Below are positions 18,564 to 28,800 of a stretch of 64,000 nucleotides of DNA, piece by piece. Location of the stretch: NCBI GenBank assembly GCA_963665665.1, contig OY762428.1, forward strand, positions 3,840,001 through 3,904,000. Reading direction: 5' to 3'. The position numbers and the translations under genes are program-made. This DNA is from Candidatus Kapaibacterium sp. Lineage in GTDB: Bacteria; Bacteroidota; Ignavibacteria; Kapaibacteriales; UBA2268. A model generated the notes under the pieces. The model was not told where the DNA came from and searched no databases. It saw only the letters and a program-made list of their open reading frames with translations. Position 1 is the first letter of the stretch. The number at the start of each line of letters is the position of its first letter.

Positions 18564-19966
18564 TTTTTTAGATATCCCTTTAATTCATTTATTTTTATCA
18601 TCCCGCCTGCAAATATCACCGTAATATAAACAATAAATGTTACAATAAAAGCAGGAATGTAATGAATACCGTACTGAAGCATTATATAGCCTGCCGTGCC
18701 GGAAATCAGCGATAACAAGCCGAATTTTATAAGATTGGAAATATATATTCCGCCCTGAACTTTTGCAAAAATAAATATCAGGGCCGTAAATACCGTCAGT
18801 TCGCTTGCAATAGTTGAATAAGCTGCCCCGAAAATTCCGTATGTTTTAATGGTGGAAAGATTAAAAATTACATTTACAATGCCCCCGCAGGCAACGGCAT
18901 ACATCACTTTTTTTTCCATATTCCAGGCAATCAGCGGAGCCGAATAACTTACGGTCATGAACATTAGGATAGTTGTTACTGAAAGTATACGTAAAATAAC
19001 AGCACTTTCCATGTAATCGCTTCCGAAAACAATGGATATAACCGGTTCTGCAAATACGAACAAACATACGGAAATGAACGTTCCTGAAAAATATAGTATT
19101 TTAGTGTATTTATTCATAATATCTCGCCGGGATTCCCTGCTGAACGACCTGGAAAGCATTGGAAAAAGTGAGCTTTGAATTATTGTGGAAGGAAGTATGG
19201 ACAGAACCAGGACTTTGTATGCGCTGAAGTAAAATCCTGTTTCGTCCTCGGTTCTCCATTCGCCGAGCAGGGTGATATTGAAATTATTATAAATTGCAAC
19301 AATAAAGAAACTCAGCCCTATCGGGAAAGAATTTTTAATTAATTTTTTCCAGAACTTTAGATCGAATTGGAATCTGAACGGATGGTAAGCCTTGATATAA
19401 TATAATACCATCCATGTAGAATTAATTATCAAGGTGAAAACCATTATTGATATGGCAAGAACTGTATCGGAATAATCGTTCACAAGAAGTACTATTCCAA
19501 GGAAATTCAATATACCTACTGCGATCTGCCTGACGGCGAGCACTTCCATTCTTTCCAATCCGATATAAACCCATGAAAAGTAAAAAGCCGTGGCAAACAA
19601 ATTCAGGCCCTGTATCAGGACAGCGTATTTAATCATGGGGGGTTTGTCCAGGAAATAAACCATAGCTGCCAGGATTAAATATCCAATAAGTGCGAAGGCA
19701 AACCTTATAGTTGTCAGGTGATTTACAAATTTTGGGAGATCAGCTTCAGGCTTGGCAATTTCTCTTTGCCCGATCTGGTCGAACCCCTGGCTGACGATAA
19801 GAGTGAAATATGCAATAATGGAAGTGGAATAACCAAAAATCCCCATACCGCTTGGTTCAATAACACGGGCAAGATATGCCATCAGAAGAAATGCAAGGCC
19901 CTTGTTGGCCATTTCTGCTACTGTCAGTGAAAATATATTTTTAAAGATGCGCCTTGATGTTTTCAT
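18560..19966 (-). CDS. wzx: Polysaccharide flippase (Wzx family)
   Basis: Multi-TM protein, KNIFSL..YLARV N-terminus, YGIFGAAYST; coupled to glf. Confidence 0.88.
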   Translation of the reverse strand: MKTSRRIFKNIFSLTVAEMANKGLAFLLMAYLARVIEPSGMGIFGYSTSIIAYFTLIVSQGFDQIGQREIAKPEADLPKFVNHLTTIRFAFALIGYLILAAMVYFLDKPPMIKYAVLIQGLNLFATAFYFSWVYIGLERMEVLAVRQIAVGILNFLGIVLLVNDYSDTVLAISIMVFTLIINSTWMVLYYIKAYHPFRFQFDLKFWKKLIKNSFPIGLSFFIVAIYNNFNITLLGEWRTEDETGFYFSAYKVLVLSILPSTIIQSSLFPMLSRSFSRESRRDIMNKYTKILYFSGTFISVCLFVFAEPVISIVFGSDYMESAVILRILSVTTILMFMTVSYSAPLIAWNMEKKVMYAVACGGIVNVIFNLSTIKTYGIFGAAYSTIASELTVFTALIFIFAKVQGGIYISNLIKFGLLSLISGTAGYIMLQYGIHYIPAFIVTFIVYITVIFAGGMIKINELKGYLKK

Positions 19967-20085
19967 AAACCGGAATCTGCCCGAAACTTTGACATTGAAA
20001 CTATGTAATGGTTTGTATTATATACCTCCGGTTTAGAAATCAACTTATAAGCAAAATTAAAAAATTCCGTCCTATTGACAATATA

Positions 20086-21804
20086 TTATTTGAAGGGATC
20101 CTGCCACCATCCAAGTTCCAATTCAGGAAATACGGGGTTTAATTTCTCTGTTTTATCAATAAAACTTAGCTGCTCATTTGTTAAGTCTTTTCCTTCCAAT
20201 AGAATATCAATTATATCGCAAAGTCGGTTAAAATCGTTTGTATGGAAATAAAATCTTTGCTCGGCGTAATCTTTGGCGGCTATTGTATGGATAAGGAACT
20301 GCCAGTCCGAAGAATGCATCAGCATTAATTCACGAACAGCCTGCAACATTACCCTTTTAAGCATACCCTTTGGAATATCAATTTTTTCAAAAATTTTGTG
20401 CAACCTGAGTTCCGAATTATAAATCGCCTCCCAGGTCCATTTATTATTCTCATTCATCCATACATCATGATTATTGTTTTCTCCCCATGAACCCTCTGGC
20501 ATAGTAACTATTTCCCTTGGGTTAATATTATATAGCTGGTTCGATGCGCTAACAGTATTTACATAGGGCGAGTGATAAAGCCCCTTGATCACTTTTTTCA
20601 GAAATTCAGGGCCCTCGAACCACCAGTGTCCGAATAGTTCTGTATCGAAAGGAGCGCAAAGAGTTGCCGGACTGCCATATTTATTTTTATTCCAATTTAA
20701 AGTATTTTCTATATGATGAATAAAATGGTTTGCCTGAAGTTCTGTTTTATCTTCAGTCCAATCGGGATGATATAATGTTTTATACATCATGTCGGCTTTG
20801 TTGTCCGTTACCCGCCAATACCTCAGCATTGAGTCAAGATGTTTTTTATGAAAATCAAGGTAATCCGGTTCACCGGGATATCCAACTTCTCCGCTCCAAA
20901 CCTGCATTGCAATATCACGATGACGCGTAAATACAGCAGCAGTACCGTAATCAGGATTACCTGAGGAAATATTGAAAATATTCAACGGTGTCGGTGTAAA
21001 ATCGGGCTGGAAATTATTTATATCAGGATTATCAGTATGAACAAACTTATCTTTATTATCATCAATATACTTCCCGACCGGGTTTATTCTTTCTATCAGG
21101 TCCTGATCTGTAACGAAGTATTCTATACCATGCAGGGCAAGAAATTGTTCAATCCCTGCACGAAGTTGTTTCTGATTGAACGGAGCTACCGGTATCATGG
21201 AATGCCATTCGTATGCCGGACGGTAAGCGCATTCGGGCAGCCAGATACCTTTGGGCTCGCGGCCGAAATGCTTCTTGTAATTTTCAATTGCAACTTTAAT
21301 CTGCAGGTTTATGCTTCTGTCATATCCAAGTAAGGGCATGTAGCCGTGGGTTGCACCGCATGTCATTATCTCAATAGCACCATTGTCCTGAAGCTCTTTA
21401 AGCCCTTTAATTACTGAGTGGCCATATTTCTTCTCAAAATCATCAAGGCGGCTTTTATACCAGTCTTCCCAATATTTTGTCAGCCAGATATGATGTTCGG
21501 AATATCCCCATGATTTGAAATTTTTTCTGTCCTTTACCGCAGCGGCTGCCATTGAATCACAATAATTCCTGAACCTGTTTTTAAAATCAGGATGTTCAAG
21601 CTGCTCGCAAAGGATAGGAGATATATCCAGTGTGACTCCCGGATTGATACCTTCGGCGTTCAACTCATTAAAAACATTGAGCAGTGGTATATAGCATTCC
21701 GCAACGGCTTCGAACAGCCAGGCTTCACCGTGTGGCGCTTTGCCGTGGTTGAAAACCCAGGGCAGATGTGTATGAAGAATAAATACAAGGTTACCGGAAT
21801 GCAT
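20086..21804 (-). CDS. GH57 1,4-alpha-glucan branching enzyme (DUF1957)
   Basis: LHTHLPW, ATHGYMPL, GIWLPECAY, PFDTELFGHWWFEG, SSDWQF. Confidence 0.93.
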   Translation of the reverse strand: MHSGNLVFILHTHLPWVFNHGKAPHGEAWLFEAVAECYIPLLNVFNELNAEGINPGVTLDISPILCEQLEHPDFKNRFRNYCDSMAAAAVKDRKNFKSWGYSEHHIWLTKYWEDWYKSRLDDFEKKYGHSVIKGLKELQDNGAIEIMTCGATHGYMPLLGYDRSINLQIKVAIENYKKHFGREPKGIWLPECAYRPAYEWHSMIPVAPFNQKQLRAGIEQFLALHGIEYFVTDQDLIERINPVGKYIDDNKDKFVHTDNPDINNFQPDFTPTPLNIFNISSGNPDYGTAAVFTRHRDIAMQVWSGEVGYPGEPDYLDFHKKHLDSMLRYWRVTDNKADMMYKTLYHPDWTEDKTELQANHFIHHIENTLNWNKNKYGSPATLCAPFDTELFGHWWFEGPEFLKKVIKGLYHSPYVNTVSASNQLYNINPREIVTMPEGSWGENNNHDVWMNENNKWTWEAIYNSELRLHKIFEKIDIPKGMLKRVMLQAVRELMLMHSSDWQFLIHTIAAKDYAEQRFYFHTNDFNRLCDIIDILLEGKDLTNEQLSFIDKTEKLNPVFPELELGWWQDPFK

Positions 21805-21858
21805 GATACTATCTCCAAAGCATTTTAAAAAAAAGCAATATAAACATTAAGTATAAAT

Positions 21859-21883
21859 AAAAAAAGCAGGGCGAACCCTGCTT
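21859..21883 (-). terminator. Rho-independent terminator
   Basis: On the minus strand GCAGGGTTCGCCCTGC followed by a T-tract. Confidence 0.8.
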
Positions 21884-21914
21884 ATCAGAAATAATTAAAT
21901 CTGTTTTCCCATTG

Positions 21915-22241
21915 TCAGTTAACTTTGGGAATATCGCCCGGAAAACCAGGAAAATTATTCTGGCCGGGATTTTCAGTTTTAATCTCACCGTTTCTCTGCT
22001 CGTATCTTGCGATATTATCATTAAGAGCTTTAAGCAGGAGCTTGGCATGCTGAGGTGTCATGATTATTCTACTCATAACTTTTGCTTTCGGAGCTCCCGG
22101 CATTACCCTGGTGAAATCAAAGACGAACTCCGCATTCGAGTGAGAAATTATCGCGAGGTTTGAATATGTACCCTCGGCTTCTTTTTCACTCAATTCAATA
22201 TTCAGTTGTTTTACCTGGTTAGGATTTTTTTTGTCTTCCAT
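21915..22241 (-). CDS. DUF3467 family protein
   Basis: EGTYSNLAIISHSNAEFVFDF..AKVMSRIIMTPQHAK. Confidence 0.9.
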   Translation of the reverse strand: MEDKKNPNQVKQLNIELSEKEAEGTYSNLAIISHSNAEFVFDFTRVMPGAPKAKVMSRIIMTPQHAKLLLKALNDNIARYEQRNGEIKTENPGQNNFPGFPGDIPKVN

Positions 22242-22258
22242 AACGCACCAATTTATGT

Positions 22259-23797
22259 TTATTCGTATTCAGCCAGTTTTTCTTGAATTTCTTCCAGTTT
22301 TTCTGTATTCTTCATTCTGCTGTATATATTCAGCATCTGTAACAGGTATTGCTGCTGCTGTGCATCATCAATCATATATTCCATTGTTTCCAGTTCGCCA
22401 AGGTGCTCTTCCATTTTTTCTTTTTCATCAAGAACTTCATATATATTGACGAGTTCGCCGTGAATGCTGAAATCATCCTGATATTCATCAGATTCAAGAG
22501 ACCTGGAGAAATATTCTGCTGATTCCTCGAGAAGCGGGAAGTATCTTTCCGTTTTCTGGTCGTACCTTTTATTTTCTTTTTCTGCAGCTTTCTGTTTGTC
22601 AGATTCTTCTTTCTGGATAAGGCCTGCTTTGTTTTTGATGGCAATAGCAAGGAATTTCATGATGCTGTAATAGTCTTCGTCTATCTCAAGTGCTTTTTTA
22701 TATTCAGCAATGGCTTTATCCAGATATTTTGGATCGTCATTGGCTTTTGTCAGGTACAGATCTCCAAGCTGGGCAATATAAAATTTATTATCAGGATTTT
22801 CTTTAATCATATTTTCAAGTGATTTGAATGCTTCGTCTTCTTTGCCGCTTTGCTGATAGATATTTATCATAAAAGCGCTTGCCTGCTCGTTCGAAGGTTC
22901 AATCATAGTGATTTTTTTAAGAAATTCCAACGATTTATCGAAATCTTTTTTATTATAATAAATTGAAGCCAAAGTAGAATATGTAAGGGTTGAGAACTGG
23001 CCAATCATTGATTTTTCCTGATCAAGCCAATGTTCCGGAGGATCGTAACGCCAGCCTTTTACAAAAGCTTTGTTTTTGTCATTCAGGAAAGAGAAAAGGA
23101 AAAACTGCTTTTTATCAATTTCAAATTCATCAACCAATACAGAATCATTGTCGTTGTATTTTTTTCCTTCTGTTTTTTTCGGAGGGTCAAGCCTTTTCAG
23201 AGCATCTTCCCTTGGCATATTGATAATAATTCCGTTGTCAACAGCAAATTTGTAAGATGGTTCGATAAGTTCACAGAATTTGTTATAGTCTTTAATTCCT
23301 TTTGTAGTGTCGCCTTTTGTTTCAAAGATACCTGCTCTGATCTTGTATGTATCCGGGTAGTAAGGTTTAACCCTGATTCCAAGATTGAACTGGAAAAGAG
23401 CTGAATCGAGGAATTTATCATTTTTGGTCTTAAGGTATTTGTTATAGAATTTTATACCTTCATTGTAAGTATTTGCCCATTGCTGATATTTGAAATTGGC
23501 AGCTCTTTTCTTAAGATTTTTATCTTTAATAATATCATCTGCTTTCAAAATAGTTTCAATAGCGCCGGCAACGTCAGGATCTTGTTTCTGAATTTTTACT
23601 TCTGCCAGTCGGATCCAAGCTTCTTCGTTGTTTGGATTTTGCTTAAGCTCTTTTTCATAGCCTTTTTCTGCTTCATCAAAAAGTTTCAACTTATGATTTT
23701 TTTTAGCTGTATTGTATGCTACCGAGGCACATTTAAAAGAAGATGCCAGAATGGTACCTACAGTTAAGGCGGTAATCAATAAAATTATTCTTTTCAA
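22259..23797 (-). CDS. TPR-repeat protein, probable lipoprotein
   Basis: TTG start with GGGAG ribosome-binding site; SSFKC; several TPR helices (KAIAEYKKALEID). Confidence 0.85.
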   Translation of the reverse strand: MKRIILLITALTVGTILASSFKCASVAYNTAKKNHKLKLFDEAEKGYEKELKQNPNNEEAWIRLAEVKIQKQDPDVAGAIETILKADDIIKDKNLKKRAANFKYQQWANTYNEGIKFYNKYLKTKNDKFLDSALFQFNLGIRVKPYYPDTYKIRAGIFETKGDTTKGIKDYNKFCELIEPSYKFAVDNGIIINMPREDALKRLDPPKKTEGKKYNDNDSVLVDEFEIDKKQFFLFSFLNDKNKAFVKGWRYDPPEHWLDQEKSMIGQFSTLTYSTLASIYYNKKDFDKSLEFLKKITMIEPSNEQASAFMINIYQQSGKEDEAFKSLENMIKENPDNKFYIAQLGDLYLTKANDDPKYLDKAIAEYKKALEIDEDYYSIMKFLAIAIKNKAGLIQKEESDKQKAAEKENKRYDQKTERYFPLLEESAEYFSRSLESDEYQDDFSIHGELVNIYEVLDEKEKMEEHLGELETMEYMIDDAQQQQYLLQMLNIYSRMKNTEKLEEIQEKLAEYE

Positions 23798-23953
23798 AAC
23801 TCAACTCCCAAAAAATATAACTTCAAATATTTTATTCTTTCTACAGACTACTAAAATAAAAAAGCTTGGCGACAGATAAAAGAAGTAATTTCTTTCCTGT
23901 ATTGCCAATTGATAATAATAATATAATGACAATTTCAATCAGTGATTGGTTAC

Positions 23954-23984
23954 AAACAGGCCTCCCGAAGCAGGAGGCCTGTTT
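23954..23984. terminator. Hairpin/terminator downstream of rlpA
   Basis: AAACAGGCCTCC-CGAAGCA-GGAGGCCTGTTT, a perfect 12-bp stem. Confidence 0.7.
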
Positions 23985-23988
23985 AGTT

Positions 23989-24777
23989 TTAATTGTTGGC
24001 AAAATATATCTCGCGCTTTAGCATTGCAGAGTCAGAAATCATTTGGTTATTGCCTGATTCGTTAATGTAAGCCAGATAATATCTATAGTCGGAATTTTTC
24101 TTTTCTCTTCTTTGCAGTTTGTCGGCTTTGATGAAAAGGTAGGCTGATGAATTATTTCCCCTCATCTTTTTTACCATTTCATAAGCGTCTTCGAACTTTG
24201 TAGTTGAATCGACAAAGCTAATGATTTCACCCGGAAGGCAAAGCAAAGGGCCGTCCACGGAATAACCAAAATAATAGTTATCCATTCCGTCTGGGTTATC
24301 ATTGCCCGGCAGTAAAGTTTCAATTTTTACTTTTGGCAGGCCAACTCCTTCAATTTCTTTGGCGGCGCCATAGGACAGATCAAGAACCCTTCTTTTAATA
24401 TAAGGGCCTCTGTCATTTATTCGTACCAATGTTGCTTTACCTGAATGCAGGTTTGAAACTTTCAGTATCGAACCGAATGGCAGCTTCTTATGTGCAGCCG
24501 TCGGTGCATACATGTCAAACCTTTCACCGTTTGCCGTTCTTCTTCTATGGAATCTCTTTCCGTAATAAGATGCTGTTCCTGTAATTTCTTTTACGAAATT
24601 ACCGCTTATATCCAATTCTTCGATTGGATCGATCCTTTTTTCCTGAGTTTCCTTTTTGTCTATTTTGGGAGTATCTTTGGCAAAAACAATATAAGTTACA
24701 AAAAGCAAGGAAACTGGTAGAACGATAACTGCTATTAATCTTGTTAAAGAGCTATCTCTCTTACCGAATTTTACCAT
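23989..24777 (-). CDS. rlpA: Septal ring lytic transglycosylase RlpA family
   Basis: [44 protein letters not shown]. Confidence 0.9.
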   Translation of the reverse strand: MVKFGKRDSSLTRLIAVIVLPVSLLFVTYIVFAKDTPKIDKKETQEKRIDPIEELDISGNFVKEITGTASYYGKRFHRRRTANGERFDMYAPTAAHKKLPFGSILKVSNLHSGKATLVRINDRGPYIKRRVLDLSYGAAKEIEGVGLPKVKIETLLPGNDNPDGMDNYYFGYSVDGPLLCLPGEIISFVDSTTKFEDAYEMVKKMRGNNSSAYLFIKADKLQRREKKNSDYRYYLAYINESGNNQMISDSAMLKREIYFANN

Positions 24778-25070
24778 CTGAGGAATATCCTCTATTGTTA
24801 AACATAACTTTGCAGCCCTTTTCTTACCGGCTGCGTCTTATAAACTGAATTTCAATACCATGCCAATCCTTCAATAATAATTGCTCGAAAATAAATACGT
24901 CAAAAAAAAACACATCCAATGAATGTGCGCACGAAATAATTAAAAACTTATTGTACAAATCACCATGTACAGACTTTAAATTTAATAAATTTTATAATAA
25001 TAAAAAAACAATAAATGAATATGCAGGAAATAATATTCAGATTTTTCATGATAAAAATGGGAATTCTGGA

Positions 25071-25733
25071 CTATTGATCGATGATATTCTGAATATCTTC
25101 CAGCCTGAGATTTACTGCATATTTTAAAAGCCTGGTTAACTTTTCTGCATCAATATCAGCGTTGGGGTTGATATGATTTTTTTCAAAATATTTTAAAAGC
25201 ATTGTAGAATTCTCAGTTTTGCCCTGCCTTATCTGAAGTAGCATACCTGCCGGGTTGTCTGCATATTGTTCGCCTGTTCCATTCGATATCCAGCTCATAT
25301 TGCATCCGGCTCTTGTCATCATATTTATAAACTCGGTTCCGGGTATGCTGTTTTTGTAGAGAATATCAAATAATTCATTATGATCAGTATTCATGATGAG
25401 CGAAAAATTTTCAAGGGATGAATAATTTTCCCTGATCCAAACTTTTATTCTGTCGAATGGTGTATCAGGTTCAGGTTCTATCTCGTTTTCAATTTTCTTT
25501 CTTAGTTGCTGGCCTACTGCATTATTTGCATACATCGTGCCTGAACCGTCCAGAAGCCAGTCGATAGACATACCCGCTTTTTTGAATTTAATAAGAACAT
25601 CTGCGCCGGGGAGTGCTTTGTCATTTACATATCTGTTGATAACAGCCACACGTACACCTGTGGACTGGGCAAAGTTTGTTTGAGTTTTGTATGCCTCGCT
25701 TATGTATTTCTTTATTCTATTGCCTATCGTCAT
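25071..25733 (-). CDS. XRE/Cro-family regulator with two tandem HTH modules
   Basis: TQTNFAQSTGV..GMSIDWLLDGSGTMYA and a second module GCNMSWISNGTGEQYA. Confidence 0.8.
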   Translation of the reverse strand: MTIGNRIKKYISEAYKTQTNFAQSTGVRVAVINRYVNDKALPGADVLIKFKKAGMSIDWLLDGSGTMYANNAVGQQLRKKIENEIEPEPDTPFDRIKVWIRENYSSLENFSLIMNTDHNELFDILYKNSIPGTEFINMMTRAGCNMSWISNGTGEQYADNPAGMLLQIRQGKTENSTMLLKYFEKNHINPNADIDAEKLTRLLKYAVNLRLEDIQNIIDQ

Positions 25734-25846
25734 CAGTATAAACCAATTTTTCCATTCTAATTAATCTAAGAAAAATTAACGAATTTCAAAACTAAATTCC
25801 ACAAAAGATATTCAATTTATGAAAAAAATAACAGCAATTCGAATAT

Positions 25847-28800
25847 TTATCTTATAAACATAGCTTTTCCAAATTTAGGGTCGGCATAAATACTGCCATT
25901 TAAACGTATGATATAATAATATGTACCGGGTGCTGCCCTGTTTCCGTTGCCATTAAAACCGTCCCAGATGACCTCGTGGCGGCCTATGGTCATATTTTGT
26001 TTTATTGATCGGACAAGCTGGCCGATAGAATTATAAATATCCACAACAACCTGCCCGCCAGGCTCAGGGCCTTTTACACGGAAATCAATATTAAGATATT
26101 CTCCGAAAGGATTCGGATAATTTGACAGGCCGTAAATCTCGCCATTCAGCGATACATTGAAATATCGGAACAATGTATCACTGTTGCCGGAAGCATCAGA
26201 TGCTGCTATCCTTATCCAATGCTGTGTATAATCAAGGTCCTGCGGAGTAAACCTTATTATACATTTCAGGCCGGCAGATACAGGAAATGATTCGAAGAAC
26301 CATTCAGTAGTGCTTGCTAAATTCTGCCTGTAGCCATCAATCCAAATGTCGATATTGTTCGGGTCATCAATTACCAGCCTGGAATTATCATAAATTTCTA
26401 TCTTCATTTCCGGATGTATTGATGTATAGCCATTTTCCTCGAGAATATAGTTGTCTGCATATAAAAATATTTCCGGTTTTGTAGTATCCTCATAGACATA
26501 AAATTTACTAACCGCAATATTATTCGAGTAAATAAATTCGTTCTCTGTTCTGATATTATTCACATTCAATTGAAGGGAATTAATCAGATCGATATTGCTT
26601 GTTTCAATTTCACTTGTTATTGTTGAAGACGAATTAATGTCGATATTGGGATAGTTCAGGTCAAATGTTGACAGAACTCCCTGATCATTAAGAATATTAC
26701 CACGGATATTACCTGGTTCGGATACGGTTCGCCGGGAAATATTTACTATCTTACAAGCAAAATCCTCTATATCGCCACGCATGATAGCAGGAGATTCAAA
26801 ATTTATATAGTGATCTCTAAGAATAAGTTCCGCGGCAGGAATAAAATCAAAACTTAAGGAATTTATCTTAAAACTGTCGCTAAATTCAATTAAATTTACC
26901 TGGTAAAGTAATTTCAGGAAGGGATATTTGCCTGCATCAATTCCTGATAAATCAGTATCGCCTGATATTTCCTGTATTTTTGTTTCTTTTCCATTGTAAT
27001 CAATACCGGCCAGGGTTATGGTGCAACTGGAGTTGTAATCTGTAAACTCGTTATCTAAAGTAAGATATTTCCATTTTTTGGCAGGCCCGAATATTTTGCT
27101 TGTGAATTTTGCATCGGAGGTGTAGAAAGGAATATCTCCGCTAATGGCAGCAGTATCCGTTCCGGGGTAATAATTTTCAAATACTTTATCTTCTTCAGCA
27201 TTTCTGTGCGATAGTATTACAAAGGAGCAGGTACTGTCCAGGGAATCAATAAATTTCGAACCATACATTCTGAAAGTTTCTTTCAATGAATCCAGCAGGG
27301 TAGTACTTATCACATCATCACTAAATATTTTATAAAGTGCATTATCGCAAGTGGCAAGAGCAAGATATTCATTATTACTGATACTGTCTCTGATGAATTT
27401 AATCATAGTCGAGATAGTATCCGGAGTTTTCCAGGTATCATACCTACGGTATCTGACTTCGCCGGTGAACATCGACACAGCTGCTATATTTATTCCGCGA
27501 TGAAATGGCCCGTTCACAATAGAATTTTCACCAATGTTCATTTTCACCCATTTCTGAGGTTGCAAATCCTGTGTGCCGTTCAATCCAAGAATTGTAAAAT
27601 TTTGTGGAATTATTTCATTTGTCAGATATTCATGGTCAGATACTTCTATTTGCATACCGGTAAAATCAGAACCCCTGAACCCCATTTTACCACCCTCAAC
27701 GGCTTTAACTCCTGATTCAATATCTTCATTGTCAGTATAGAAAGGTAATGTCAGGTATGCACTTGAAACCCCGCTGATATTGTCAGTTAGACGAGCAAAA
27801 AGATTGTAGCCGCTGTTGTTTTCAAATTCGTATTCAGGAATCCAGTCGATATAGTTTTCATCAACAATTATTTCATCACGGGTTGAAATGTATAGTTTAG
27901 TCTCTGAATCATTTATACTGGTTAAATAGAAATCGTAGGAAAAATCAGATTCTGACTGAATCCTGTTTATCAGCCTGAATACCGGACGGCCCTGGTAAAC
28001 ATTCCAGTTTGGCATTGGGTCGAAAGCGGTTAATGCAGGTTCATAGACCTGGTGGGAAATATCCAGTTTGTTATTGTCTCTGTCTGAATCTACAAGTAGT
28101 TGTTCCGGATCGATAATCAGTTTGATTTTATGCTCACCGGGCAAACCCTTTACCGGCAGACGGAATTCAAAATCAGCATACCTGCAAATCCCCTGAAAAG
28201 CAACAGTATCTTGGAATATATCATTACCAACCGATCTTTCGATTACCAGCTCGAAATAATCATTTGTTTTTATTCCGGCATTATAAATATTGCCACTGAT
28301 GATCATAATGGAATCTGAAGACTGAACCAGTCCGTCCTGATTATTTTCTCTTAAAAATTTTACGTCAAACTTATCGATATATGGATTGGCAGTAGTATCA
28401 ACTTTAAATCTTATCATTGGGTCGGCAAGAAGTGTAAATTGATATTTGCCGTGCCTGTACCAGTCGTAGTCGCCTCTTAAACCACTTTTACCATAATTCA
28501 TAATATGGCCAAGGTAGCGGCCTTTGATTTGTGGGTCAAATATACTTTTCATGGCATAGGAAAAAAAAGCCAGGTCAACATCCAGATTACTCACGTTGGA
28601 AGATCCAATGGAACCGACAAAGCCCTTCAACGGTTCGGTCATATATTCTTCATTTCTCGACTGTATTGTTGGTTCGCCATAAGCGGAAGAATTGCATGCC
28701 AGGGTCGAAAATATACCATATCTGCCGGTGTTGTTAAGTGTGGAGGCATGCCATCCGTCCATATCAAAGACTTCTGCGGCGGCATGGCCGACGTAATTAA

